Shown: positions 41,679 to 50,970 of the stretch, in pieces | Numbering within the stretch: position 1 is the first letter of the stretch | Layout of the letters: each line of letters begins with the position of its first letter | NCBI GenBank assembly: GCA_963809895.1 | Contig: CAWELD010000003.1 | Span: 2,944,001 to 3,008,000, forward strand | From: an uncultured Gemmatimonadales bacterium | Lineage (GTDB): Bacteria > Gemmatimonadota > Gemmatimonadetes > Longimicrobiales > Gaopeijiaceae | Reading direction: 5' to 3' | DNA length: 64,000 bases | Translations under genes and position numbers: made by a program | The notes under the pieces: model-generated | Database searches by the model: none | What the model was told of the DNA's origin: nothing | Seen by the model: only the letters and a program-made list of their open reading frames with translations

Positions 41679-43324
41679 GAAGCCTCCTCCCCAGATTGTT
41701 GCTGTACGGGCAGGCGCACGGTGAAGACCGTACGTCCCGGCTCGGATTCCACGAACATCGCCCCTTCGTGGCGGTCCACCACGATCTGATAGGAAATATT
41801 GAGACCGAGACCGGTCCCCTCGCCGGGTTGCTTGGTGGTCACGAAGGGATCGAATACGCGGTCCAGGATCTCCGGAGGGATGCCCGGACCGTCGTCGGCA
41901 ATGGTCACCAGGATATGGTCTCCCCCGGTCCATGTGCGAATGGTGAGGGTTCCCGACCCGTTCATGGCCTCGGCGGCATTGGCGATCAGGTTGGTCCAGA
42001 CCTGGTTGAGCTCACCCGGGAATCCGAGGATGCCCGGAAGCGACGGCGCCCTGTCGCGCACTACTTCGATGCCGGACAACTTGTTGCGCAGGATGACAAG
42101 GGTGTCGTCCAGACCGCCCTCGATATCCACCTCGCCGACCTCGGCCCGGTCCATGTGGGAGTACCCCTTGAGCGCGCCCACGATCTGGGAGATCCTGCCC
42201 GCGCTCGTGCGCACGTCGCCCAGGAGGTTTCGAGCTCGTGCCACGTCGGCGATCCACCGAAGCGCCGCGGTGATCTGTCGTCGTCTGTACCGCTCGGCCG
42301 CCGCGTCCAACGCCTCGGCGTCGAACCCCAGGGCGGCCAGGTCGCTGGCCAGCTCCCAGGCGTCCTCCACGGCGCCCATCTCCAACCAGCGCGCCACGCG
42401 CTCTTCCCGGTCTCCTCGCTCCAGGGCATCGACCTCGTCGGCCGCGCCGGCGTTGGAGCGCACCCACTCGAGACCCTCGGGGCTGATTCCGAAACGGAGG
42501 AGCGCGATGCCGTCCTCCACCAAACGGTCGATGACCTGCGTGAGGTGGCCGGTGGCTCGAGCCGCCGCCGCCGCGGGATTGTTCAGTTCGTGCGCCACTC
42601 CGGCGCTGAGCTGTCCCAGCGTCACCAACCGCTCCTGCTGGCGCAGCAGGGCTTCCTGCTCCAGATAGGCGCGTTCCACCTCGCGCAGGCGCTCCTGCTC
42701 CCGAGCCAGCCGCCGGTTCACGACCACGAAACGATGCGTCGCCCAATACGCCACCAGCGACACGGCCGCCACGTTGAGGAAGGAGAACACGTCCAGCGCC
42801 AGCGGCGGCAACACCGGATGCCGGAACGGAAGGCCGCCCACCCAAACGGTGACGGCGATGGCGACGATGAAGGCGAGGAGTGTCGTCGCTGCCCACTCCG
42901 GCCCCAGGACGAGAAGCGCGGCAATGGGCGCCAGAAGCGACCACAGCGCCACGATACCGGATGCCATCAACCCGCCCAGGTAGATGCTCAGGGCGGCGGG
43001 AACGACCAGAATGAGGCCAATCTCTACCGCCCCGAACAGCGACAGCCGGCGATGTCTGCGAAACGCCAGCGCGTTCAGCATCGACGCCACCGAGAATCCG
43101 TACGGGAGCAGGGCCGCACCCACGATCCCCAGGGCGAGGTAGATGGATCCCCACACGATGCCGGCGATCCCCACCGTCCACGCGAAGACGCGAATGACCG
43201 CGGAGGCGACGCGCGGATCCACGGACGACCCCCGAACACGCGCGTCGCCAGCCGGGTGCGCATCCGCGCCCGATCGTCTGGCTTGCGCGCGCGACCGTTC
43301 CGTCCCGCTTGAAGGCGTGCTCAT
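41675..43324 (-). CDS. Membrane sensor histidine kinase (HisKA/HATPase)
   Basis: About 6 TM helices; GVAHELNNP, QVWTNLIANA, DDGPGI, FDPFVTTK, GTGLGL. Confidence 0.92.
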   Translation of the reverse strand: MSTPSSGTERSRAQARRSGADAHPAGDARVRGSSVDPRVASAVIRVFAWTVGIAGIVWGSIYLALGIVGAALLPYGFSVASMLNALAFRRHRRLSLFGAVEIGLILVVPAALSIYLGGLMASGIVALWSLLAPIAALLVLGPEWAATTLLAFIVAIAVTVWVGGLPFRHPVLPPLALDVFSFLNVAAVSLVAYWATHRFVVVNRRLAREQERLREVERAYLEQEALLRQQERLVTLGQLSAGVAHELNNPAAAAARATGHLTQVIDRLVEDGIALLRFGISPEGLEWVRSNAGAADEVDALERGDREERVARWLEMGAVEDAWELASDLAALGFDAEALDAAAERYRRRQITAALRWIADVARARNLLGDVRTSAGRISQIVGALKGYSHMDRAEVGEVDIEGGLDDTLVILRNKLSGIEVVRDRAPSLPGILGFPGELNQVWTNLIANAAEAMNGSGTLTIRTWTGGDHILVTIADDGPGIPPEILDRVFDPFVTTKQPGEGTGLGLNISYQIVVDRHEGAMFVESEPGRTVFTVRLPVQQQSGEEAS

Positions 43325-43541
43325 AGACCCCGGTGATACGGGCCGCCCCCATCGGCGTCAAGGGAGTGACGCGGTGGATCCCTGGCCTGCACCCGATGCC
43401 CTCGGCGGCGAGGTAGCGTGGAAGAGACTCGCACGGCCGCCCCCCACCATCCATCTTGTGACGCACGTTATTATTGGAATTCGAAGTTGAGTCCGCGGCA
43501 TCGGGCCTCGCGGAAGCCCCCCCAACGTTGCTGAGGACACC

Positions 43542-43946
43542 GTGATCACGTTGGTGTCGCGCTGGAAGCTCCGTAGCGGCTGTCCAGCGGTACTGGCGTC
43601 TGCCCTGGAGGAGCTGGGGCGGGAGGTAGCCGCCCAGGAGCCGGGCACGTGGATGTACCTCGTGAACCTCCCGGCGCGGCCACCCCTGGACGCAGGCAAC
43701 CATCCGAGACACCCTCCGCCGCCTCACATCGAGCCTGTTCAGCAGATGGAGGTGGTCTTCCTGGAGGTGTACGAGGACGCCCGGGCCTTCGCGGCGCATG
43801 TGAACGGGCCCGTGTTCACCTCCTTCCTCCGGGACCATCTCCAGCACTTCTACGAAGATCCGGACAAGCCGGGCTGGCCATCCACGGACACGACCTTCTA
43901 CGACCGGTTGGTGACGGTGGGGCGCCCGGGTCCCGGAACCCCATGA
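43542..43946 (+). CDS. ABM-like (dimeric alpha/beta barrel) protein
   Basis: EPGT..Y..VFLEVYED..AFAAH; GAGGA SD. Confidence 0.65.
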   Translation: MITLVSRWKLRSGCPAVLASALEELGREVAAQEPGTWMYLVNLPARPPLDAGNHPRHPPPPHIEPVQQMEVVFLEVYEDARAFAAHVNGPVFTSFLRDHLQHFYEDPDKPGWPSTDTTFYDRLVTVGRPGPGTP

Positions 43947-44322
43947 CCGGGACCGACGTCGAGAAGACCTGCGAGATCAAGGACTGCGGGTACGTGGACC
44001 GCATGGCGCCATCAACGCCGTCGCGGCGAAGGATTCGGCCTTCATCCACCGCGACACCTACATGGACATCTACCTGGACAGCTTCTGGCAGGAGGGCACC
44101 AGCTTCCAGCGGGGGATGGCCGACTTCCGCTACATCTACTGGGGCGAGTACTACAACAGCCTGCTGTTCGTGAAGAACAAGTACGACCCCAACAACGTGT
44201 TCCGCTTCGAGCAGAGCGTCTCGCCTTTCCCCGACCACCCGGGGGTGAGGACGACCGACGAGCCCTCCATGTTCTCGGATCCGATCATCACGTACGAGCC
44301 CTGGTCGAAGAGCTTCGTGTAA
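43943..44322 (+). pseudogene. Relic of a BBE-like FAD-linked oxidase with internal deletions
   Basis: Coupled ATG at 43943; out-of-frame junction near 44000 to GAINAVAAKDSAFIHRD..YWGEYYNSL..VKNKYDPNNVFRFEQSV; FAD-binding domain absent. Confidence 0.7.
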
Positions 44323-44327
44323 CCGGC

Positions 44328-47300
44328 TCACCGCCTGCGAATGAGGAGCGTCCGGATCTCCCAGGGGCTCAGGGTCAGTTCTGCCGTGGCGCCATCCGCC
44401 GCGGTCCATGCACCCTGGGGCCGTTCGAGAAGGTCGGCGTCCTGCCATTCGAAGGGCCAGGGCAGCGTCAGGCGCGCCGTGGAGGCCGCTCCGTGGCGCT
44501 CCACCAATCGGACCACGTAGGCGTTACCCTCTTCGGCCATCTTCAATGCGCCGAGCTCGGCGCCCTCCACCGCCGCGAAGCCCCGCGCCCTGGCGTTGCC
44601 GTCGTGACGCGGAACCTCGAACGCCACGAGGGGCTTGTTGAGATCCTCGGCTGCGGCCTCCGTGGCTCCGGAGCGCCAATCGCCGTCGTGGACCACCAGG
44701 GCGTAGCGGAAACGGTGCGTCCCCTGGTCTGCTGCCGTGTCGGGATACGTGGCGGCCTTCAGCAGGGTGAGGCGCACCGTGTCGCCCCGCACGTCGTATC
44801 CGTACTTGGAGTCGTTTACCAGACTCACGCCCCACCCGCCGGCGCTGGCGTCGACCCAACGCTGCATGGCCACTTCGTAGCGGGCGCTGTCCTTGACGGT
44901 GGTGGGGACCGCCGGCCGTCCGATGGCACCATAGGGGATCTCGGCCCACACGCTGTCCGCGTGCACGGCCAGCGGGAAGGACGCCTTCAGAAGGTGGTGA
45001 TCGGTGTGCCAGTCGGCCGTGGTCTCGAACTCCACACGGGTCGAGCCCCGGGGAATGCGGATGCGCTGGTCGTACGAGCCGTGGGCGTCGGCGCGGTGCA
45101 CCTCCACCTGGACGCCCAACGCGTCCTCGGTGACCGCGCCGACCCGGACCGTGTCGGCCACCGGCGTCCAGGGACCGTCGACGCTGTCGATGTTCCAGGC
45201 GTCCCACTGGAGGGGCCGATCCTCCATGGTGGCCAGCCGATTCCCGCCACCCCCCGGCATGAGGACCTCACGGCCGCGATCCTTGTCCACCACCCGGCTC
45301 AACTCACCGGTGCTCCGGTCCACCTCCACGAGAAGGTGGTCGGTCTCGAGGACGGCCGGCGCTCCGATCTCGGGGGATGCCGGGGACGCCGCCGCAGGGG
45401 CCTGCCCATCCACATCCTCGGCGAAGACCACCCGGCCCCCGGTGGCGGGGACGTCGTCGACCTCGAAGCGGAGCCTGCCGTCCCGGACCACCGAGGGTAG
45501 GGGCCGGCCGGCGCCATCGGTGACCCGTGCCGATGCGCCGTCCCACGGGACCGCCACCTGGCCCGAACGCGCATGGCCCGAAGGATTGAGCACCAGGAGC
45601 GGACGGGTGCCGTCACCGGGTGGCCGGGTGTCGAGCCCCGACGCGATGCGCTCCGCCGCCCGCTCCAGCGCAAGCTCGGCCAGGCGCTGCGCGTCCCGGT
45701 AGTCTGCCGCGGCGTCCCGATAGATGTCGCCGATGCCGGAGCCCGGCAGGATGTCGTGGAACTGGTTGAAGAGCGTACGCTCCCACGCCTGCGTGAGCGC
45801 ACCGCCGGGGTAGTTGTACCAGGTGTCGTCGTCCACGGGCAGTGACGCTGCGTGGGTCGCCAGCGCCTCGGCCGTGACCAGCAGGTTCTCCATGCGGCGG
45901 TTCCAGGCCTTCTCATCCGCCTGGCTGGTATAGACGCCGCGGTGATACTCGAGATAGAGCTCGTCATCGATGACTGGAGCCGAGGAGCCGCCCTCCGCTT
46001 CCATCCGCTGAAGTGCCGGCTCGGGGAGGGTGCCCGTCAGCGTCGGATAGGTCGGCACCCGCGCCAACGCCCGCCGCCGGTCCATCATCTCCATGGTGGG
46101 GCCACCTCCGTGATCGCCCACGCCGTAGAGGACCAGCATGCGGCCACCGGCGGTGCTGTCCCGACTGGCGATCCACTGCTCGCCCAGACGGTCCGGCTCC
46201 AGGTGGTGCGAATACCCGTACGGGATGTACGTGAGGATGCGGGTGCCGTCCCGTCCCTGCCACCAGAAGAGGTTCCGGTCGGCGCTCCACTCGTCGGTGT
46301 CGTTCCAGCGGAGCTTCTGCGTGACGAAGTAGTCGAATCCCGACTTCCGGAAGATCTGGGGCAGCGTCCAGGCGTAGCCGAAGGTGTCGGGGATCCACGC
46401 CACCCGGGCCGTAGCGCCGAAGAGCCGCAGGAAGGTGCGCTGCCCGTACAGTCCCTGCCGCACCAGCGCTTCACCCGACGGCAGGTTCACGTCGGGCTCC
46501 ACCCACCAGCCGCCCACCGGGGCCCAGCGTCCTTCCTTCGCCAACCTCTGGATGCGCTCCAGGAGCTCGGGTTCGTAGGACTCCAGCCAGACGTAGTACT
46601 GGGCCGCGGATCCGGCGAAGGTCGCCTCGGGATACTTGGCCAGAAGCTTGGTCGCCGACCGCCAGGTGTTGCGAACCACGTCGATCGTCTCGGGCCAGCG
46701 CCAGAGCCAGGCGGCATCGATGTGGGAATTGCCCACCAGGTCCACCGAGTCGGCGGCCATGGCCTGCACGGCGGGCTCCAGCCGCGCCATCCACTGTTCG
46801 ACCAGCGCGCGGTAGGCCCCCTTGTGGGGATCGTCGCTGGCCGCCAGCAGCTCCATGGCCACCCGTACGCCCGGCACGGTGGCCGCATCGTCCCCGAGAA
46901 AGAAGCGAGCCCAACGCGCGCCCTCCTCCATCTCGAACCAGCCGGCGTCGGACACCACCAGTCGGGGAGGATTCCACCATTCCGGGCCGGCAGGCCGGAC
47001 CGCCACGCGAAGGCTGTCGCCGGCCGCGCACGGGCCGCACAGCGGAACCCGTCCGCGAGCGTCGCGGACGCGCGGCGCGCCGTTCACGGCGAAGGTCGTG
47101 CCCTCGGGAAACTCGGCCGCGTCCATATCCAGGTGGAGGTCGCCGAGCACATCCGGGACGCGGCTGTGGAAGGACAGTTCTTCGAGCCGGCGCCTCACGG
47201 TCGCGTCGATCCCGTAGGCGTCCGCCGCGGGCAGCGAATCCCACTCGCCCGCCTGGTCCCGCCACTGCCACCCCCGGACCTCCAGGGGCCGACCCAGCGT

Positions 47301-48281
47301 GGCCAGCACCGCGCCGGCGTTGAGCGGCCGCTCATAGCTCCTTCCGCCGGCGCGTGCGTGGACCTGCCCGCCGGCCTTCGCCGCCTGCACCAGCTCGGAC
47401 CAGTCCGTCGCCAGCTCCACGTCGGCCTTCTGCCCGTCGGGGGCCGGCGGCAGCGTCGCCGTCTGACCGCCGATCTGCACCGTGGCCTCGCCGTCGAGAC
47501 CCCCCCAGCGGCGGGCCCCCAGCGTCACCGGCACCTCCACGGTCCCGGCCCCGGCATCCAGGACGGCCGTGCCCGAGAAGGCGGGCATGGACAGCGTCAG
47601 CGCCGGTGCGGGGGCGCCGGCCACGGCCACCGCGGATGGCCGCTCCGCCGTGAGCCCCAGGTCGGCCACCGGGTCCTGGCTCCCGGCCAGGACGCGACCG
47701 CCGAGCCCGAACCCGCCTCCGCGGTTCACCACCTTGAGCAGCAGCCGATTCGCACCCGCGGCGAGCCGTACCGTCGCGGTATCGGTACCGCTCCCCACGC
47801 CACGCGCGACCTCGTGGTCCACCACCAACGTGCCGTTCACCCAGACTCGGAGGTCGTCGTCGGACTCGAAGGCGAGAGTGACCGTGCGATCGTCGGGGCT
47901 GGTCACCCAGGCGAAAGCATACGCCGCGGCGTTCGCCACGGGCGAGATGCCCTCCAGGACCGGCAGGAGATCCAGACGTCCGAAGTGGTCGGTGTCGGCT
48001 TCCGCCCGCACCCACGAGCGGTCGCCCACGGCCTGGCCCGGATGGGGAGCCACGGCGGCCTCGTCCGGGAGGTAGGCGTGGCTCACGCGATCCGGGCCGT
48101 CCACTATGGCCCAGGTGCCCAGGACGAGCCACTCCGGAATGGGCCGGTCGAGCCCGGTGGCTGCGGTCTGGGCAGCCGCGGCAACGGCCCCCGGCCCTGC
48201 AGCCGCGATGAAGAACGAGGCGAGGAAAAGCAGCCGTGGCCCGAGTATTCTCATCTTCCGCGTGGCGCTCTCGATTCTCAT
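44328..48281 (-). CDS. GH38 alpha-mannosidase, secreted, with a long N-terminal extension (PA14-like)
   Basis: SHIDAAWLW, WIPDTFG, YGVGDHGGGP, ELYLEYHRG, NQFHDILPGS; signal peptide. Confidence 0.92.
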   Translation of the reverse strand: MRIESATRKMRILGPRLLFLASFFIAAAGPGAVAAAAQTAATGLDRPIPEWLVLGTWAIVDGPDRVSHAYLPDEAAVAPHPGQAVGDRSWVRAEADTDHFGRLDLLPVLEGISPVANAAAYAFAWVTSPDDRTVTLAFESDDDLRVWVNGTLVVDHEVARGVGSGTDTATVRLAAGANRLLLKVVNRGGGFGLGGRVLAGSQDPVADLGLTAERPSAVAVAGAPAPALTLSMPAFSGTAVLDAGAGTVEVPVTLGARRWGGLDGEATVQIGGQTATLPPAPDGQKADVELATDWSELVQAAKAGGQVHARAGGRSYERPLNAGAVLATLGRPLEVRGWQWRDQAGEWDSLPAADAYGIDATVRRRLEELSFHSRVPDVLGDLHLDMDAAEFPEGTTFAVNGAPRVRDARGRVPLCGPCAAGDSLRVAVRPAGPEWWNPPRLVVSDAGWFEMEEGARWARFFLGDDAATVPGVRVAMELLAASDDPHKGAYRALVEQWMARLEPAVQAMAADSVDLVGNSHIDAAWLWRWPETIDVVRNTWRSATKLLAKYPEATFAGSAAQYYVWLESYEPELLERIQRLAKEGRWAPVGGWWVEPDVNLPSGEALVRQGLYGQRTFLRLFGATARVAWIPDTFGYAWTLPQIFRKSGFDYFVTQKLRWNDTDEWSADRNLFWWQGRDGTRILTYIPYGYSHHLEPDRLGEQWIASRDSTAGGRMLVLYGVGDHGGGPTMEMMDRRRALARVPTYPTLTGTLPEPALQRMEAEGGSSAPVIDDELYLEYHRGVYTSQADEKAWNRRMENLLVTAEALATHAASLPVDDDTWYNYPGGALTQAWERTLFNQFHDILPGSGIGDIYRDAAADYRDAQRLAELALERAAERIASGLDTRPPGDGTRPLLVLNPSGHARSGQVAVPWDGASARVTDGAGRPLPSVVRDGRLRFEVDDVPATGGRVVFAEDVDGQAPAAASPASPEIGAPAVLETDHLLVEVDRSTGELSRVVDKDRGREVLMPGGGGNRLATMEDRPLQWDAWNIDSVDGPWTPVADTVRVGAVTEDALGVQVEVHRADAHGSYDQRIRIPRGSTRVEFETTADWHTDHHLLKASFPLAVHADSVWAEIPYGAIGRPAVPTTVKDSARYEVAMQRWVDASAGGWGVSLVNDSKYGYDVRGDTVRLTLLKAATYPDTAADQGTHRFRYALVVHDGDWRSGATEAAAEDLNKPLVAFEVPRHDGNARARGFAAVEGAELGALKMAEEGNAYVVRLVERHGAASTARLTLPWPFEWQDADLLERPQGAWTAADGATAELTLSPWEIRTLLIRRR

Positions 48282-48461
48282 TCGTGGTGCCTCTCGCTCG
48301 ACGTACCCCTGCGCGATCCGGTGCGCGAAGCTGCGTCCTCGCCGGGGAGCCGCACAAGCGGGGGCGCGGCGCAAGGTGCACGATCAAGAAGCTGGCGTGG
48401 TTGCCAGCGAGCCCGACATAGTGGGCCACTCCGTTCGCCCCCCACCTCCGGGAACGAGCTC

Positions 48462-50897
48462 ATGAACGCGCTGTTCAAGGACCTGCAGGTCGCCACCCGC
48501 GTGCTGCTGAAGAACCGCCTCTTCACCGTCGTGGCCGTCGCCACCCTGGCGCTGGCCATCGGGGCGAACACGGCGATCTTCTCGGTGGTGGACGGGGTCC
48601 TGCTGCGCCCACTCCCGTATCCGAATGCCGACCGGCTCGTGTACGTGACCCTGGGGGCGCTACCGCAGGTGGGGACCGGAGAGCTGCCCTTCTCCGACCG
48701 CGGCTATTGGCATTTCGTCAACAATAACCACGTCTACGACAAGTTCGGTGCCTACCAGGCCGGCAACACCCAGTGGCCGCTGACCGCCGACGGTCCGCCG
48801 CTGCAGGTGAACGTCGCCGGCATGTCGTTGAGCGCGTACGAGGCCCTGGGCACCGTGCCCCAACGGGGTCGCCTGCCCACGGCTGAGGAGGACGTACCCG
48901 ACGCTTCGTGGGTGGTGCTCATCAGCGACGGGCTGTGGGAAACGCGATACGGCCGCGACCCCGCCATCATCGGAACCTCCATCGAACTGAACGGCGCCCC
49001 CCGGGAGGTCATCGGCATCATGCCGGCGGGATACGACTTCCCGACGCCCGAGACCGACGTGTGGCTTCCGCTGCACCTGAATCCCGCCAGCGAGAACTTC
49101 GGCGGACACCACCTCTTCGCCATCGGGCGCCTTGCGGACGGCATTACGCCGGAAGCGGCAGTCACCGACGCCGAAAGCCTCATCAAGCGCTTCGACGAGG
49201 CGGGGTACGGCCCGCAATGGCTCACGGGAGTCTTCAGCGGCAAGGCCTTCGTGCGTGGCCTCCGGGAACAGATCGTGGGAGACTCGCGGCGGCCCCTGCT
49301 CATCCTCCTGGGAACCGTGGGCTTCGTGCTCCTCATCGCGTGCAGCAACGTCGCGAATCTGCTCATGGTCAGGGCCGAGGCGCGCACCCGCGAGAACGCG
49401 GTGCGCATGGCCCTGGGCTCGGGCCGCGGGCGACTGGCGCGCTACGTGATGGCGGAGAGCGTCCTGCTGGCGGTCGCCGGCGGCATCGCGGGGATCTTCC
49501 TGGCTTGGGTGGGCACGCGGGCGCTGGTGGCGGCGGGGCCCGCGAGCATTCCCAGGCTCGACGCCATCGGCATCAACGGCACCGTGCTGGCTTATACCGC
49601 GGTCATCTCCCTGGTGGCAGGGATCCTCTTCGGGACCATTCCCGGGATCCGGTCGGGATCCATCAAGGCCATGCGCACCCTCAACGACGGCGGTCGAGGC
49701 TCAACCGTGGGCAAGGAGCGTAACCGGACCCGAAACATCCTGGTGGTGGGTCAGGTGGCGCTGGCCCTCATCCTGCTCGTGGGCTCGGGACTGATGGTGC
49801 GGAGCTTTCAACAGCTTCGTTCCGTCGATCCCGGCTTCGATGCCCCAGGGCTCATGACCTTCCGTCTGTCGCCGCCCCCGTCCAAGTATCCGGACGCCGA
49901 AGCGACGGCACGCTTCTACGATCAGCTCATCCAGCGCCTGGAGGAGATCCCCGGCGTCTCCTCCGCCGCAGGGATCGATGCGCTCCCGCTCACGGGGGGA
50001 GGCGCGATCCTCGCCACGAGCATCGAGGACTTTCCCACACCCGAGGGTGAATTCCCGCCGGTGTTCAGCGTACGGCGCGTGACCCCGGGTTACTTCCGCA
50101 CCATGGGGATCCCCGTGGTGGAGGGCCGTGAATTCACGCCTGACGACCACAATGCCCGCATGGGCACCCTGCTCATCAGCGCGTCACTCAAGCGCCAATA
50201 CTGGCCCGATGAGAGCGGGCTCGGGAAACGCCTGACCCCGTCCAGCGCGCCGGCACGCTCGGTGGGCGTCGTGGGTGATGTTCACGACACGGGGCTGGAC
50301 GCGCCGCCCGAGCAGTTCATCTACAAGCCCATGCTGGACTCCGTGGGAGGCGGCGTGCGGCCTCTCATGATGGTGGTCCGCACGGATGGGGATCCCGAGG
50401 CGCTGGTGCCGGGCATCCGCTCCACCGTCGAGGCCATGGATCCCGATCTGCCCATCACCAACCTGCGTTCCATGCAGGACATCGTGGGCGCCTCGTTGAG
50501 CCGCACGACCTTCACCATGTATCTCCTGATCCTGGCGGCGGTCATCGCCCTCTTCCTGGGCTCGGTGGGTATCTACGGCATGCTCTCCTACGTCGCCACG
50601 CAGCGTACGGCCGAGATGGGCGTGCGTTTCGCCCTGGGGGCCGATCCGGGGATGGTGAGGCGGATCTTCCTCACGCAGGGCCTGAAGCTGGCGGGGGCCG
50701 GCGTGGTCCTGGGACTCGTGGGAGCTCTGGCCCTGGGGGGCGTCATGAGCTCGCTGCTCTACGGGATCAGGCCCACGGATCCCCTGACGCTGGCCGCGGT
50801 GTCGGTGGCCTTCCTTGCCGTGGCCACGCTGGCGAGCCTGGTCCCCGCGCGACGTGCCGCCAGAACGTCACCGGCGGTGGCCCTGCGGGCGGACTGA
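48462..50897 (+). CDS. ADOP-type duplicated ABC permease without prefix domain and without adjacent padR
   Basis: [65 protein letters not shown]. Confidence 0.92.
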   Translation: MNALFKDLQVATRVLLKNRLFTVVAVATLALAIGANTAIFSVVDGVLLRPLPYPNADRLVYVTLGALPQVGTGELPFSDRGYWHFVNNNHVYDKFGAYQAGNTQWPLTADGPPLQVNVAGMSLSAYEALGTVPQRGRLPTAEEDVPDASWVVLISDGLWETRYGRDPAIIGTSIELNGAPREVIGIMPAGYDFPTPETDVWLPLHLNPASENFGGHHLFAIGRLADGITPEAAVTDAESLIKRFDEAGYGPQWLTGVFSGKAFVRGLREQIVGDSRRPLLILLGTVGFVLLIACSNVANLLMVRAEARTRENAVRMALGSGRGRLARYVMAESVLLAVAGGIAGIFLAWVGTRALVAAGPASIPRLDAIGINGTVLAYTAVISLVAGILFGTIPGIRSGSIKAMRTLNDGGRGSTVGKERNRTRNILVVGQVALALILLVGSGLMVRSFQQLRSVDPGFDAPGLMTFRLSPPPSKYPDAEATARFYDQLIQRLEEIPGVSSAAGIDALPLTGGGAILATSIEDFPTPEGEFPPVFSVRRVTPGYFRTMGIPVVEGREFTPDDHNARMGTLLISASLKRQYWPDESGLGKRLTPSSAPARSVGVVGDVHDTGLDAPPEQFIYKPMLDSVGGGVRPLMMVVRTDGDPEALVPGIRSTVEAMDPDLPITNLRSMQDIVGASLSRTTFTMYLLILAAVIALFLGSVGIYGMLSYVATQRTAEMGVRFALGADPGMVRRIFLTQGLKLAGAGVVLGLVGALALGGVMSSLLYGIRPTDPLTLAAVSVAFLAVATLASLVPARRAARTSPAVALRAD

Positions 50898-50970
50898 GCG
50901 ACCCGGCTCGGCCCGCCCCCGGGAGCCCGCGGTCAGGGCGGCGACGGCCGACCGGACGCCCTCCGCCGGA

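Noticed and set aside
43392..43505. 9-bp inverted repeat CCCGATGCC/GGCATCGGG around an AT-richer stretch (MITE or ncRNA?)
   Set aside because: Short GC-rich match, no target-site duplication or second copy seen, no recognisable RNA family
45852..48461. 870-aa N-terminal extension of the 1681-aa ORF
   Set aside because: Antisense shadow of GH38 that happens to be in frame with the ADOP gene; ADOP homology begins at 48462
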